Part shown: piece after piece, positions 26,397 to 39,574 of the stretch
Layout: every line of letters starts with the position of its first letter
Numbering within the stretch: the stretch's first letter is position 1
Assembly: GCA_977017645.1 (NCBI GenBank)
Contig: CDRNVU010000048.1
Location: 7,006,001 to 7,070,000 of the forward strand
Length of the DNA stretch: 64,000 nucleotides
Reading direction: 5' to 3'
From: Torpedo marmorata
Taxonomy: Eukaryota
Translations under genes and position numbers: made by a program
The notes under the pieces: model-generated
The model's input: the letters and a program-made list of their open reading frames with translations, nothing else
The model's database searches: none
What the model was told of the DNA's origin: nothing

Positions 26397-27775
26397 GAAT
26401 CAGAATCAGAATTTATTGTCATGAACAAGTAATGAAATTCGGTATTTTGCGGCAGCATCATAGTGCAATTAACATTCATATTAACCATCTAACGACATTA
26501 CTATAAAAAAATTATAACCAATAGTGCACGAAAAGTAAGGCAGTGTCTTTGGTTCATTGATTATTCAGGAATCTGATAGCAGCGGGGAAAAAGCTGTCCT
26601 TGTGCCGTTGAGTGCTCGTCTTTAGGCTCCTGTACCTTTTTCCCGATGGAAGCAGAGTGAAGAGAGAGGGTATGGCCTGGGTGGTGGGGGTATTTGAGGA
26701 TAGAGGCTGCTTTTTTAAGACACCGCCTCATGTAGATGTCCTCGATGGAGTAAAGTTTGATGCCTGTGATGTCACAGGCCGAGTGATCAACACTCTTGGG
26801 TTTACTCTTGTCCTGGGAGTTGGCGCCTCCATACCAGGCAGTGATGCAACCAGCCAGAATGCTCTCCACTGTGCACGTGTAGAGGTTTACGAGAGTCTTT
26901 GGTGACATACCTAATCTCCGCAGACACCTCACAAAGTATAGCCGCTGACGAGCCTTCTTTGTGATTGCATCAACGTGGATGCTCCTGGACAGATCCTCGG
27001 AGATGTTACCACCCAGGAATCTGAAGTTCTTGACCCTCTCCACGACTGAGCCCTCGATGAGGACTGGGTCGTGTTCCCCTGACTTCCTCCTGAAGTCCAC
27101 AATTATCTCCTTGGTTTTGCTGACGTTGAGCTCAAGGTTGTTGTCGTTACACCATTCAACGAGCTGATCTATCTCCCTCCTGTACGCATCCTCATTGCCG
27201 TTTGTGATTCTGCCGACAACCGTGGTGTCATCGGCTAACTTGTATATGGAATTGGAATTGTGCCTGGCCACACAGTCATGGGTGTACAACGAGTAGGGCA
27301 GTGGACGAAGCACGCATTGTTGGGGTGCGCCTTTGATGATAATCAGTGAGGAGGAGACGTTGTTTCCAATTCGTACTGACTGTGGTCTTCCGATGAGAAA
27401 GTAAGGGATCCAGATGCAGAGGGGGGTACAGAGGCCTAGAGTTTGTAGCTTTTTCACCAGCACTGAGGGAATAATGGTATTGAAGGCCGAGCTGTTGTCG
27501 ATGAAGAGCAGCCGTATGTATGAATTGTTGTTTTCGAGGTGATCCAGAGCTGAGTGGAGATCCAGCGATATTGCATCTGCTGTGGAGCGATTGTGGCGAT
27601 AGGCGAATTGCAGTGGGTCCAGATCTTTGCTTAGGTATGTGTTAATTCTGGCCATGACCAGCCTCTCAAAGCATTTCATCACAGTAGAAGTTAGTGATAC
27701 TGGACGGTAGTCGTTGAGGCAGCCCACACTACTCTTCTTGGGTACCGGGATGATTGATGCCCTTTTGAAGCGGTA
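26397..27775 (-). mobile_element. Rex1/Babar-clade LINE, 5'-truncated, inserted in Gypsy 1
   Basis: ORF 26561-27820 with [22 protein letters not shown] and ADD. (aatcag)n tail. 'tatca' on both sides. Confidence 0.93.
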
Positions 27776-28843
27776 TATCAAGTTGTGTAAGAAATCTATC
27801 AAACAAATAGTAGATTGCAATTTAAAATTTGACCTCTTGGATGTTTAAAATCTTCTCCGTGGAAAGGAGCTGTAACGGATGTGGTTATGTTAATATTAAT
27901 ATTTAAAGTTAAGTTATAGAATTTTATATATTCGTAATGTTATTTCTGGGCTGGTACATGGTCACACACAGGTCACAGCACATTTACAGGAAAAAAAACA
28001 TTACTCAGAGAGAGAATTCAGTTCGGAGTCTAAGCGTCTGTGAAGAAAAAAAGCCATAAAACTGAAGTGGTTTTTCGTTGAAACTCAAGGACAATGGGGG
28101 TTGCTTCAAAGCATTTTTTGAGTACTTTCCGGAATCATAAACTTCTTAAGCCTCTTGGAACAGAGTTAATAAGGTCACATGGTTTCAAAGAAACTAGAGA
28201 TGTCAACTTTAAATATTCCAGGAAGTGGTCAAATGGTTTCCAATAATTCAGACTGATGTCATTGATGATGTAATGTCACATGATATCAGAGACCCATATC
28301 ATTGAAGAAATCAGACATTTTGAAACAGACAGAACCAGACTGTAGAAACTTTGGAAAGACAAAGATTGTGAAGCATTCTGAAGAAAATTGACTTCCTGGA
28401 AAGTCAGGATTTGAGCAGTGATCTCTGACTGGAGAGAGGTACTTTCTCTCTGTATTATCCTTATCGTAGCAAATACATAATAAACAGCTTTTAAAATAAG
28501 TAAGACAATTTTCAAATTGTTTCTTGGAAAATAGTACATCACAGTATGTTACACCAGATTAAAAAAGAAATCATTGTAAAGATTACAGTTCTGTAACCCT
28601 TACAAGATAGGGGGAAACTTTTGAAAACGGTCGTGTGAAGAAAAATATCGCTGAAAGACAACTGATCAAAAGACGTGTGAGTTAGAAAAAATTTGAATTC
28701 TGCACTTTTGCTTTATAATAACTTCTGAATTACAATTTAAACGGATCCGGAGGTTCAACAAAAGAAGTTCGAAACTGGCCATTAAATTTGAATTTTTCAG
28801 ATTTATGTTTAAACTGAAGTAGTTTGGACTTTAACACATACAC

Positions 28844-31800
28844 TGTAAGAGCCATAGGCTCTTTTCTTACCTTCGTCGCAGCGTTCCGATTGTCGCAGCA
28901 GGTGTCGGAGGAGTCGCGTAGTTTGATAGCCGTGCTTGGCTTATGACTACCCTGCACATGTGCGGGGGTGCCGACGTGCCCATGCGCAGTTGGTAGGTAG
29001 GTGGAGCATGCTCAGTGAGTATGCGCGGTGGAGCATGCGCGGTGGAGTATGCGCGGTGGAGCATGCGCGCAAATCGAAAAGATGTAATATAAAACATGGC
29101 GACGAAGAGGAGTGTGAGTGAGATCATTGTAGTTTTCATTGACCGCTAATAAGGAACGTTTATACTTCGTTATAAAGGAACGTTATTAGGAATCGTTATT
29201 AAGCATATTTATCAAGGATTGTTTATATTTCGTTAAAGATATTTAAGTTATTGAAGACTGAAGGATTTATTGAGAACCAGAGCGTAAGAGGTGTGAAGGA
29301 AGGGACTCCACTTTTGAAGACGTTGTACAATTTTTGGAATGGCATGTGGAAGTTAACACAATACTAGTACTTGGAAATATTAAGGATACTTCAACAGTTC
29401 CTAAAGACGTAAAGAAGACTAAATCATTGTTTCAACAGAAGCCAAAAGGAATTACCTTTGTTAATACTGTGTTAGATACAAGCACAGAAAAGAACAAAGA
29501 AGTAAAGGAAATGGAAGATCACACTGTTCAGAAAAGCTGTTTGTATTGCAAAGATATGCATGCTTCAGACAAATGTTCACGATTGGAGAAAAGGTCGCAT
29601 GATAAGAAATTAATTTTCTAAAGGAGTATGGAATATGTTTTGGCTGCTTGTGTAAAGGACACATCAGCAAAACTTGTAATAAGCGACTCACTTGTGATAT
29701 ATGAAATTTAAAGCATACCAAGTTACTGCATATTCAACGAAGTCAAGTTGAGAAGGAAGTCAAACAATCTGAATCTAAAACTAATGAACCAGCTTTAGCT
29801 TCGGTTCAGACAAACAGTCTTACTGGGGCCGGTGACAAAGCCCTCTCAATAGTTCCTGTACAAGTTAAAGCTAAAAAATGTAACTTCATACTGAAGACCT
29901 ACGCATTGCTTGTACTATTGAATTAATGAACAAACTTAATCTTAATGGAAAAAGATCACAGATCTTATTGAAGACAATGAATGATGAAAGAAACATTGAA
30001 ACAAATATAGTTTCAGGTTTAGAAATTGCTGGATTAAATAGCAATCAATTTTGCGATCTTCCAAGTATATATACTCAGAAGACTATGCCTGTGAATAAGG
30101 AGAATATTCCATATCAGGATGATATCAAACAGTTGGCTTATCTAAAAGATGTTTGCTTACCTAAGATTGAAGCCAAGATCGATATGTTAATTGGATTAAA
30201 TGTTCCAAAAGCTCTCGAACCTCAGGAAGTAATAAGGAGTCAAACTGACGGACGTAATGCTGTGAGAACAATGCTTGGATGGACAATTAACGGGTCATTA
30301 GGAGGAAAGATGAATAATGATCAGAAGACGTTGAACGTAAAAGTCAACAGAATTTCAGTTGTGAAATTAATGATATGTGGGAACAACCGTTTAAAATTGA
30401 TTTTCCTGAATGTCTCACACATATTCAAGAACCTTCAAAGGCGGACAAGCAGTTTCTGGATTTAGTTTCAAATTCTGTTAAACATATTGATGGTCATTAC
30501 TGTATAGCATTACCTTTGATGAAAAGAGAAGTTTGCATGCCAGATAATAAAATAGTTGCAGAACAGCGTATGCTGAATTTAAAGAGAAAATTCAAGAGGA
30601 ATTCTTCCTTTCATTTGGGATAGGCAGATGTCATGTTAGACATGATAGCGAAGGGTTATGTAGAAAAGGTATCAGAAGATATCTTGGAAAATAAAGATGG
30701 CAATAAAATGGTATTTACCTCATCATGGAGTTGTACATGCACAAACTAAAAAAACTACGTATCGCTTTTGATTGTAGAGCATCATTTCAAGGGGTTTCAT
30801 TAAATTCTCAACGTCTACAAGGTCCAGAATTAACCAGTACTTTAATAGGTGTTCTGATAAGATTTTGTAAAGAATCTATTGTAATTGATGCAGATATTGA
30901 AGCGATGTTTCATCAAGTAAAAGTACCATCAGAAGATCGTAATTTGTTACGATTGTTGTGGTGGCCTAATGGAGATTACAATGAAGACATGATTGAATAA
31001 AGAATGGCAGTTCATCTATGTGGAGCAACATCGTCACCGAGCTGTGCAAATTGTGCGCTCAGAAAATGTGCTAAAGAAAATGAAGAAAAATTTAGTTCTC
31101 AAGCCATAGGCATCATCAAGAGTTAAAGTAGATCTGTAATAAAGCAGGTTGCATCCTTATGAAATGGATTAGCAACAGTCGAGATGTGTTGGCTGTTATT
31201 CCTGAAGCAGAAAGAGCAAAGGAGATAAAACATCTTGATTTCGATTGTGACATTCTACCCGTCGAAAGAATTTTAGGGGTACAATGGTGTGTTCAATCTG
31301 ATGTTTTCAAATTTAAAATTGTTTTGAAAGAACGGCCTTTAACAAGAAGAGGTATTCTTTCGATAGTAAGTTCAATATATGATCCTTTAGGAATATTGGC
31401 ACCAGTAGTATTAATAGCCAAGAGAATTCTGCAAGAATTGTGCAGTAGAAAATTGGAAGGGATGAAGCTGTACGAGAATTCATTGCACAGGATTGGATAA
31501 ATTGGATTGAGAGTCTTAAAATGTTAGAAAATTTTGAAGTCAACAGATGTTTGAAACCAAACGAATTTGGAATTGCCAGCCATGCTCAGTTACACCACAT
31601 TGCTGATGCAAGCGAAGGTGGTTTTGGTACTGTCAGTTATTTAGTACAACGAAATAACCAAGAGCGAGTACAATGTGTATTGGTAATGGGAAAATAGAGA
31701 GTGGCTCCATTAAAGCCAGTCACCATACCTCGTATGGAATTAACTGCCGCTACTATGGCGAACGAAATGGACACAATGTTGAGAAGATAATTACAGATGG

Positions 31801-31942
31801 AGTTAGCAGACTATGTTTTGGACAGATAGTACATCAGTACGTAAATACATTAATAACAAAACCACAAGGTTTCGTACCTTTGTGGCTAACAGAATTAATG
31901 TAGTTGGAAAGGTTTCTCATGCTAATCAATCGAGATATGTTG
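28844..31942 (+). mobile_element. BEL/Pao LTR retrotransposon, internally deleted, 3' part missing
   Basis: TG start inside the Gypsy 3' LTR. Three Cys/His knuckles (CLYCKDMH..C, CFGCLCKGHISKTC, C..*..KHTKLLH). Motifs 'KLRIAFDC', 'DIEAMFHQV', 'GATSSPSCA', 'SIYDPLG', 'DASEGGFG', 'TIPRMEL' and 'WTDS..FVANR'. Confidence 0.9.
28981..29070 (+). repeat. Tandem 14-bp repeat (ggagcatgcgcggt) in the BEL LTR-like region
   Basis: About 5 imperfect copies read directly. Confidence 0.85.
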
Positions 31943-33578
31943 GTGAAGGCCTTCATAAAATAGTTGTGACAAAGGGGATAGTGATGAACGAAGTAATGGT
32001 ACCAAAGTCGGACAAATCCCCAGGTCCTGATCAAATGCATCCCAGGGTTCTGAGGGAAATGGCAGAGGTTATAGTCGATGCATTGGTGGTCACATACCAA
32101 CATTCTCTGGATTCTGGTCAGTTCCCGGCAGTTTGGAAAACAGCAAATGTTGGCCAGAAGACTGGGAACTGTCGGCCAATTAGCTTAACGTCTGCAGTTG
32201 GGAAAATGCTTGAATCAGTCATTAAGGATGAAATAGTGAGACATTTAGGACGAAATGGTTCAATCAGGCAGACGCAGCATGGGTTTGGGAAGGGCAGACC
32301 TTGTTTGACAAAGTTGTTAGAGTTCTTTGTGGACATAATGGGTGCGGTAGATAGAGGGGAACAGGTTGATGTTTTATATTTGAATTTCCATAAAGCGTTT
32401 GATAAGGTGCCGTACAAGAGACCTATCAGTAAGGTACAGGTGAATGGAGTCCAGGGAAGTATACTGGCATGGATTGAGGATTGGCTTTCTGACAGGAGGC
32501 AGAGAGTCGGGATAAATGGGTGTTTTTCTGATTGGCAGACAGTGGTAAGTGTGGTGCCGCAGGGGTCGGTGCTGGGCCCACAACTCTTCATCATTTACAT
32601 TGATTATTTGGAGGAGGGGACAAAATGTGGTGAAGCCAAGTTTGCGGATGATACTAAATTGAGTGAAAGAGCAAATTGTACTGAGGATGTGAAGAGGCTG
32701 CAGAAGGATATAGTTAAGTTAGGTGAATGGGCAAAGGTCTGGCAGATGGAGTACAATGTTATTAAGTGCGAGGTTATCCACTTTGGGAAGAAACATAAAA
32801 GAGCAGAGTATTATTTACATGGTGAAAAACTGCAGCATGCTGTTGTGCAGAAGGACTTGGGAGTGCTTGTGCACGAATTTCCAAAAGTTGCGTTGCAGGT
32901 GCAGCAGGTTATTAATTTGGCAAATGTAATGTTGGCTTTCATCGCTCGGGGAAATTAATTGAGGAGCAAGGAAGTAATGTTGCAACTGTACAAGGTACTG
33001 GTGAGACCGCACCTGGAGTACTGTGTGCAGTTCTGGTCTCCATATTTGTAGAAGGATATACTGGCCTTGGAGGCAGTCCAGAGGAGGTTTACTAGGTTGA
33101 TCCCTGAGATGAAGGGGTTGACATGATGAAAGGTTAAATCGTCTGGGATTGTACTCGCTCGAGTTCAGAAGAATGAGAGGATATCTTACAGAAACATATA
33201 GAATTATGAAGGGGATGGATAGGATAGAGGTAGGAACGGTTTGTTTCACTGGTGGGTGAGACCAAAACTAGGGGACACAGCCTCAAATTCGGGGGAGTAG
33301 ATTTAGGACAGAGATGAGGAAAAACAGTTTTTCCCAAAGAGTGGTGAATTTGTGGAATTCTTTACCCAGGGAAGCGGTTGAGGCTGCTTCGTTGAACATA
33401 TTTAAGGTTCAGTTGGATAGAGTTTTACATAAAAATGGAATTAGGGGATATGGGGAAAGGGCAGGTAGGTGGAGTAAGGTCATTGATCAGATCAGCCATG
33501 ATCTTATTGAATGGCAGAGCAGGCTCGATGGGCCGGTTAGCCTACTCCTGTTCTTAATTTCTTATGTTCTTATGTTCA
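31943..33578 (+). mobile_element. CR1 LINE, 5'-truncated (RT to 3' tail)
   Basis: KSPGPD, RPISLTS, QHGF, KAFDKV, PQGSVLGP and FADDTK motifs. (cttatgtt)n tail. Confidence 0.95.
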
Positions 33579-33824
33579 CTCTGTCCCTTCTGCCTTCTTG
33601 CACGTTGTCTCCTCGCTGTGTTTTGGGGCAACGTTCAGTCTAACAAGGAGCGGGCACGGTCTGATCTGCAGCCGAGGGGACACGATGGCCGCTGTATTCC
33701 CGGGGGGATTGTTGCAAATTCCGCTGCCTTCACTGTCACCAGGAGATTTGTTTTGGCCAATCCGGAGGTCTGGCTGAATTTCCAATACTGTCGCGTGATT
33801 AAACGTATATTTTAAAATTAGTTA

Positions 33825-33969
33825 TGTTACAAAATCAAACCAGCAACGACAGAAGACGCAATGCAAAAGGGGTAAAATTGAAATTATTATTTATTAAGCA
33901 CAAGTTAACATATAATTTCACAACAATTAACCCCACTATAAACGTCTATAAACTCTATTCTTATCTAAA

Positions 33970-34006
<37 letters not shown>

Positions 34007-34743
34007 GCCCAGACCATTACAGTCTGTGCCTTACCCTTATGTAAAAATGGAAAAACTTTCCCCAGAATAAAACCCCAGGTCAGTCATAAAAACACAAGTC
34101 AGTCAAAAAAAAGGATAATACATTCCACAAAATCCACTCTCTAAGTTCAGGCTTCAATACAGCTGTGAGTCTGGTAGAAGTACTTCTGAATGAACGTTGG
34201 AGAGAGACCATGACTGTTTATGCTTACAAATACTTGTTTTCTTCTCTGATGACGTCCCCTTCTTCTAGGTTCATAAGGATTGCAAGTTCCAGATCAGTAT
34301 ACCACTGATTTAGGCGTATGCTTGATCTCACAGCTAGTCTCGCTGATGTCACGCCTGTTCTCCACATAAGTTGCTTTTTCTCAGAATTTCTCTGAGACAG
34401 GAGGCCAAGTGCTATTCTGTCAGTCTTTCTCTGCGTTTGCACACACCTGGATTTGGCTGTGTCTTGTAGCCTTGCAACTCACAACTGCTGTATGGTTTGC
34501 AGAGATCTGCCCCTGCTTTTTGCAAAGGTGAAACAAATGTATCTTGTCCAGTCTGTCTCTGTCTCTCTCTCTGGTCTCTCTCTGTCTGGCTACACCAAGA
34601 GTGCAACAACGTATCTTGTCTGGGTACACCAAGTAGCTGGGGAAGTTAACTCTTTCAGTACCTGGCCCCAGTGTATACTACAAAAGAATTCATCTTTCCT
34701 GCTGACCATCCGCAGTCCAAATGATCAGTCATGGTGCATAACA
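33825..34743 (-). repeat. 3' LTR of Gypsy 2
   Basis: tgttac...ataaca, homologous to 39575-40492. Contains a (TG)n tract. Confidence 0.95.
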
Positions 34744-34881
34744 CCTCCCACCCACAAAGGAAATTTTGGTCTACAAGAACAAAATTTAGGAAAGTAAGTG
34801 AGGTGTCAGAATATAAACAAAATCTACAATGTTCATCCACAAATACAAAATATGAACTATTTTCATTGATAAAGTTTGACA

Positions 34882-35832
34882 TCAAGAAAGACAATCAACA
34901 ATTACATTATCTCTCCCTTTTATATGAGTGATTACCAAATTATATTCTTGTAAAATTAGACTCCAATTCAACAACCGTCGATTCTTATTTTTCATTTTAC
35001 AAAGATAAACCAATGGATTATGGTCAGTATACACTATGGGTGGTTTTTGAGCTGTGCAGATATACACATCAAAGTCTTGTAGAGCCAACACAAGAGCCAA
35101 CAACTCTTTCTCTATAGTTGAATAATTCCTTTGATGATCATTGAACTTCTTCGAGAAGTAGGATACCGGATGGTCAATGTCTTCTTCGTTCTTCTTCTGT
35201 AACAGCACCGCACCCACAGCTTCATCGCTCGCATCCACGGCTAAAGAAAACGACTGTTTTAAATTAGGTGACTTAAGCACAGGTTGGTGGCATAACATGG
35301 CTTTCAATTTGACAAAGGCTTCCTGACAACCTGTTGACCATACAAATTTCTCTTTCTTTCTAAGCAAATTTGTGAGAGGGGTCGCAAGATCAGCAAAGTT
35401 TTTACAGAACTTGCGGTAGTAGCCAATCATTCCCAGGAACCTCCTCAGAGTTTTCTTACCAGTTGGAACAGGGAACTCGGAAATAGCGACAACCTTTTCC
35501 TCTACTGGCGCCAACTGCCCCTGTCCTACTACATAACCCAGATAAATAACAGTAGCATGTCCAAACTCACCTTTACTTAAATTAACTGTGAGTTTTGCTT
35601 TGGACAGTCGTTCAAACAATTGTTTTAGCTCAAAGACATGCTCTTCCCAGGTCTCACTACTTACAATTAAATCATCAATGTAAGCACCTATGTTTTTCAA
35701 CCCTTGAATCACTGAATTAATCATTCTCTGAAATGTTCCTGGAGCATTATTCATACCAAAAGGCATAACATTATACTCATAAAGCCCAAAAGGTGTTACG
35801 AATGCAGAAATCTCCATAGCCCTTTTTGTCAA
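34882..35832 (-). pseudogene. Gypsy 2 pol: RT C-terminal half and RNase H
   Basis: MPFG, YIDD, YLGY, FLGMIGYYRKF, DAS, YSTIEKELLAL and TDH motifs. Confidence 0.92.
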
Positions 35833-35856
35833 AGGAACACACCAGTATTCTTTTAA

Positions 35857-37323
35857 TTAGTCAATTTTTGTAAGAAATCTGGCCTTCCCCACGTTGTCTA
35901 TACAATCGTCTATTCTAGGAATAGTATAAGCATCTGTCTTGGTTACAGTATTTACTTTCCTATAATCAGTACAAAACCTAACCGTTCCATCAGGCTTCGG
36001 CACTAGAACACAAGGAGAACTCCAATTGGAAGTAGACTTTCGAATAATATTGTTCTTTACTATGTAGTCAATTTCCTGATCTACCAGTTTGCACTTTTCC
36101 GCATTGATTCGATAGGGATGCTGTTTTATCGGTCTTGCATCTCCTACATCCACATCATGATAAGCGATGGAAATTTTCTGAGGCACATCAGGAAATAAAC
36201 TTATAGATTTTAAAAATAACGGACTCATCTCTTCCTTTTCTGAAGTTTTTAGATGAGACAACCTCGTCTCCAGATTGCGCAAAATCATGGAATTTTCTAA
36301 CCTCGGGCTTATCAATTTCTGTGTCCCATGACCCTCTCTGAAACTGGTTTCATCCGTCTCCTCCTTACCCTGATCAATAACCAGTACCTCTGGTACATTT
36401 TCAGTCCCTTTGTGTGGCACCTGTTCAAAATATGGCTTAATCATATTCATATGACAGACCTGTGTGTCTCCTCTGCGATTAGGTGTTTCTATGACATAGG
36501 TGACATCATTAATGATTGACTTAACTCTATAGGGTCCTGAAAATCTAGCCCTAAGATGATTTGAAAGGATGGGAAACAGAACTAATACGTTCGCACCAGG
36601 TTTAAAAGTTCCCATCTGCGCCTTTCGATCATACCAAACCTTCATTCTCTGTTGATTGGCCTTTAAATTCTCCTTTGCCATCTCACAAGCCCTATGTAAC
36701 TGATCCTTAAATTTGGAAACATAATCTAACAGATTTAAATGCACATCACGATTAATCCACTGTTCTTTTAATAATCTTAAAGAACCTCTCACCTCATGTC
36801 CGAAAACTAATTCAAATGGACTAAAACCAAGTGAGTCTTGCACAGTCTCCCTCGCCGCAAATAACAACAAATGAACCCCATCATCCCAATCCTTTTCCTT
36901 CTCACAACAATAGGTTCTAATCATGGTTTTGAAAGTCGAATGGAACCTCTCCAAGGCCCCTTGACTTTCTGGATGGTACGCAGAGGATACAATCTGTTTA
37001 ACTCCTAGTCCATCAACCACTTGTTGGAAAACGCCTGATATGAAATTACTGCCCTGATCTGATTGAATTTCCCTTGGCAAACCTACCAAGGTGAAAAATT
37101 TTACCATAGCCTTTACAATTGACTTTGCTTTTATGTTTCTCAGAGGAATGGCCTCTGGAAATCTGGTGGCTGCACACATAATTGTTAACAAATACTCATT
37201 CCCCGCTTTGGTTTTGGGCAATGGGCCAACACAGTCCACAATTACTCTCGAGAAAGGCTCACTGAAAGCAGGGATAGGATGCAAGGGTGCCACCGGAGTA
37301 CCCTGATTAGGTTTACCCACCAC
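35857..37323 (-). pseudogene. Gypsy 2 pol: integrase core followed in frame by RT N-terminus
   Basis: VDCVGPLP, SDQGSNF, YHPESQGALERF and GPY, then PIKQHPYR, WSSP and RFCTDYRKVN in the same ORF. Confidence 0.93.
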
Positions 37324-38326
37324 CTGACAAGTGTGAAATGCCCGGCAAAAGCTTACAACCTCCCTTCTCTAACTGGGCCAATAAAATTGTTTCATTATCT
37401 TCCTTTAAGGTTTCTTCACCCCAAGATGAACACCTAAGGGTGTACTATGAGCCAAAGTTATTATTCATATCTATATACTTTAGGGATCACAACCTGCTGC
37501 ACTACTGCCCATTCTTCATTGGCAGGAACATCACGTGGTCTCCACTTCCTCATCAACACCCCATCTTTTTCATAATAACCTACTGGCACCTTTTTAATCT
37601 CCTCTTCAGAGAGAACTTTATCCCTCACCTCAGCAAGATCAGGATCGTCCTTTTGTCGGGATAGTGACAAATCTGTGCCTTTAGGTGTCTTATCAGTGGC
37701 TGGGTCTAACATAGGAGATAGCTCAAACTTTTCCAGATTTTATTGATTATCAGTGTCTTTTCCTTTCACAAAGTTATTTTCCACTGCCTTCTCTACAGTG
37801 GCATTTTTCTTAGACATGGCCCTGTTTATGGCACATGCCGGATAAATATCAGAGTCTTTCTCTGACTTATCAATGACTGGCTTAGTGGTCATTCGCACTG
37901 CAGGAACTACTTTACCCTTTGCCAAGTCATTACCTAACAACAGTGAGACTCCTTCTACTGGCAACTCTGATTTCACTCCTATTATAACTGGTCCTTCCAC
38001 CAAGTCTGATTCCAATACTATTTTGTGCAAAGGAATGGACTCTACCTCACCACCAATTCCTTTAATTAAATTTATGTCACCGGTGTCAGTAGCTTCGCAA
38101 AATTCCAAGACACTATCTAACACAAGTGACTGAGCAGCTCCAGTATCTCGCAAGATTTTCCCTGGCAGTTGTTTTGATCCTGACTTAACTGAAACAAAAC
38201 CATCAGTCACAAAAGGTTTAAATACATCTTTAACTTTGTCAGTAAATTTATCTCATTCCTGGGTGTTATACATCTTCTCACTCTGAATACAAGCATTAGG
38301 TGTTGCATCCTTTTCTCTCTTCTTTT

Positions 38327-39010
38327 TCAACACTGGACAGCTTGCTGGCATATGACCAACCTTCCTACAGTGGTGGCAAATTGGACCCGAATTGTTTTCC
38401 CTTTTCCACTTTCCTTCATCCCTTTCCTTAACACCACTTCCAAATTTACTTTCCACTTGCTTCTGATTATCCACCGTGACATTTTGGAAAATTCTACCTG
38501 AGGCTTGTGGGTTAAAGCATATCCATCTGCCAACTTAGCTGAATTTTGCCAAGTGTTCACCTCCTTTTCATCTAAGTATGCCTTAATATCCTCAGGAACA
38601 CAACTTTTTATCTCCTCGATTATTATTAATTCTCTCAATTGATTGTAATGATTGTTTACTTCCTTAGATGTGCACCACCTGTCAAAACACACAATCATTT
38701 CATAGGCAAACTCTGTATAAGATTGGGTTGCTGATCTTTTTAAATTTCTAAACTTCTGTCTAGAAGCGTCTGGAACTAACTCATAAGCCTGGAGTATAGC
38801 CTTTTTCACCGTTTCATAATCAGCAGCTTGCTCTGTGGTAAGAGTACTATAAGCTTGCTGAGCTTTTCCTTTTATTACACTTTGTAACATAAGAGACCAT
38901 TGGTCTTGTGGCCATTTTAATTTCACAGCCACCTTCTCAAAATGTTGGAAGTACTTATCTATTTCTGCCTCCTCCAATGGAGGAACCAACCTAACTTCTC
39001 TACTAGCCAA
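38327..39010 (-). pseudogene. Gypsy 2 gag capsid with SCAN-like region
   Basis: 'YFQHFEKVA..WP..W...L.GKAQ.AY...YETVKKAILQAYELVPDASRQKFR' and 'LRELIIIEE', typical of Gmr1 gag and SCAN. Confidence 0.8.
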
Positions 39011-39553
39011 AACCCCTCAGCAGGATGACGAATTTGATCTTGGCGCTCTTCTTGTCTCCTCTCATTTTCCAACTTTATCTTTTCCAGCATATATATCCTA
39101 TTTTCTCCTCGTTCTCTAAGTCTAATCTCTTTTGTTCCCTGGCTACCTCCAATTCTAATTTCCGTTGTTCCAATTCCCAGTGCTTTTGTTCCAATTCCAA
39201 TTTCTTTATTTCCAACTGTAAGTTTTCAGAAGGTTTACCCTTGGGAAACTGCTCTAACACGCTCTCCTCAAACTTTTTTTCTTTTATATAGTATTTGACT
39301 ATTTTTCTCCCAATCTTTGCCTCTTTCATAGATGGTTTTACAGAAGCAATGCCCAACTCTGTTGCTATAGCCACTAACTGTTCCTTTTTCGCCTTTTTTA
39401 AAGTATCAGGTTCAGGTGATTCCAAGAAATGTTCTACATCCATTGTTGCTGGTTTTTCGTTACACACACACTAGCTTTTAATTAGCTATACAAAAGGAAT
39501 GCCTTAAACCAAACTGGGATTCCTTCAATTACCAAGATGGATTTTGATTCAAA

Positions 39554-39571
39554 TCCCACAACGAGCCCCCA
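39554..39571 (-). promoter_or_regulatory. tRNA-Pro-type primer binding site of Gypsy 2
   Basis: Minus strand tgggggctcgttgtggga, directly after the 5' LTR. Confidence 0.8.
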
Positions 39572-39574
39572 ATT

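Larger units (their letters stand above)
20321..28843 (+). mobile_element. Decayed Gmr1-like Gypsy LTR retrotransposon 1 (5' LTR ~20321-22462 split by an L1; 3' LTR from 27871, broken at 28843)
   Basis: 20321-21084 is homologous to ~28000-28780. The 5' LTR ends cgataCA at 22462. PBS tgggtgctcgtcctggat. CCHC knuckle 'CDYCKKHGHVVEKC'. Integrase (23963-24592) precedes RT (24958-26086, YIDD). PPT ggaaaggagc, then TGTAAC at 27871. Confidence 0.9.

Noticed and set aside
33824-34931. Short ORFs in the Gypsy 2 LTRs (also 40024-40519) as accessory or env genes
   Set aside because: They are in LTR sequence with microsatellites, frames are not preserved between the two LTRs, and no recognisable domain is present.
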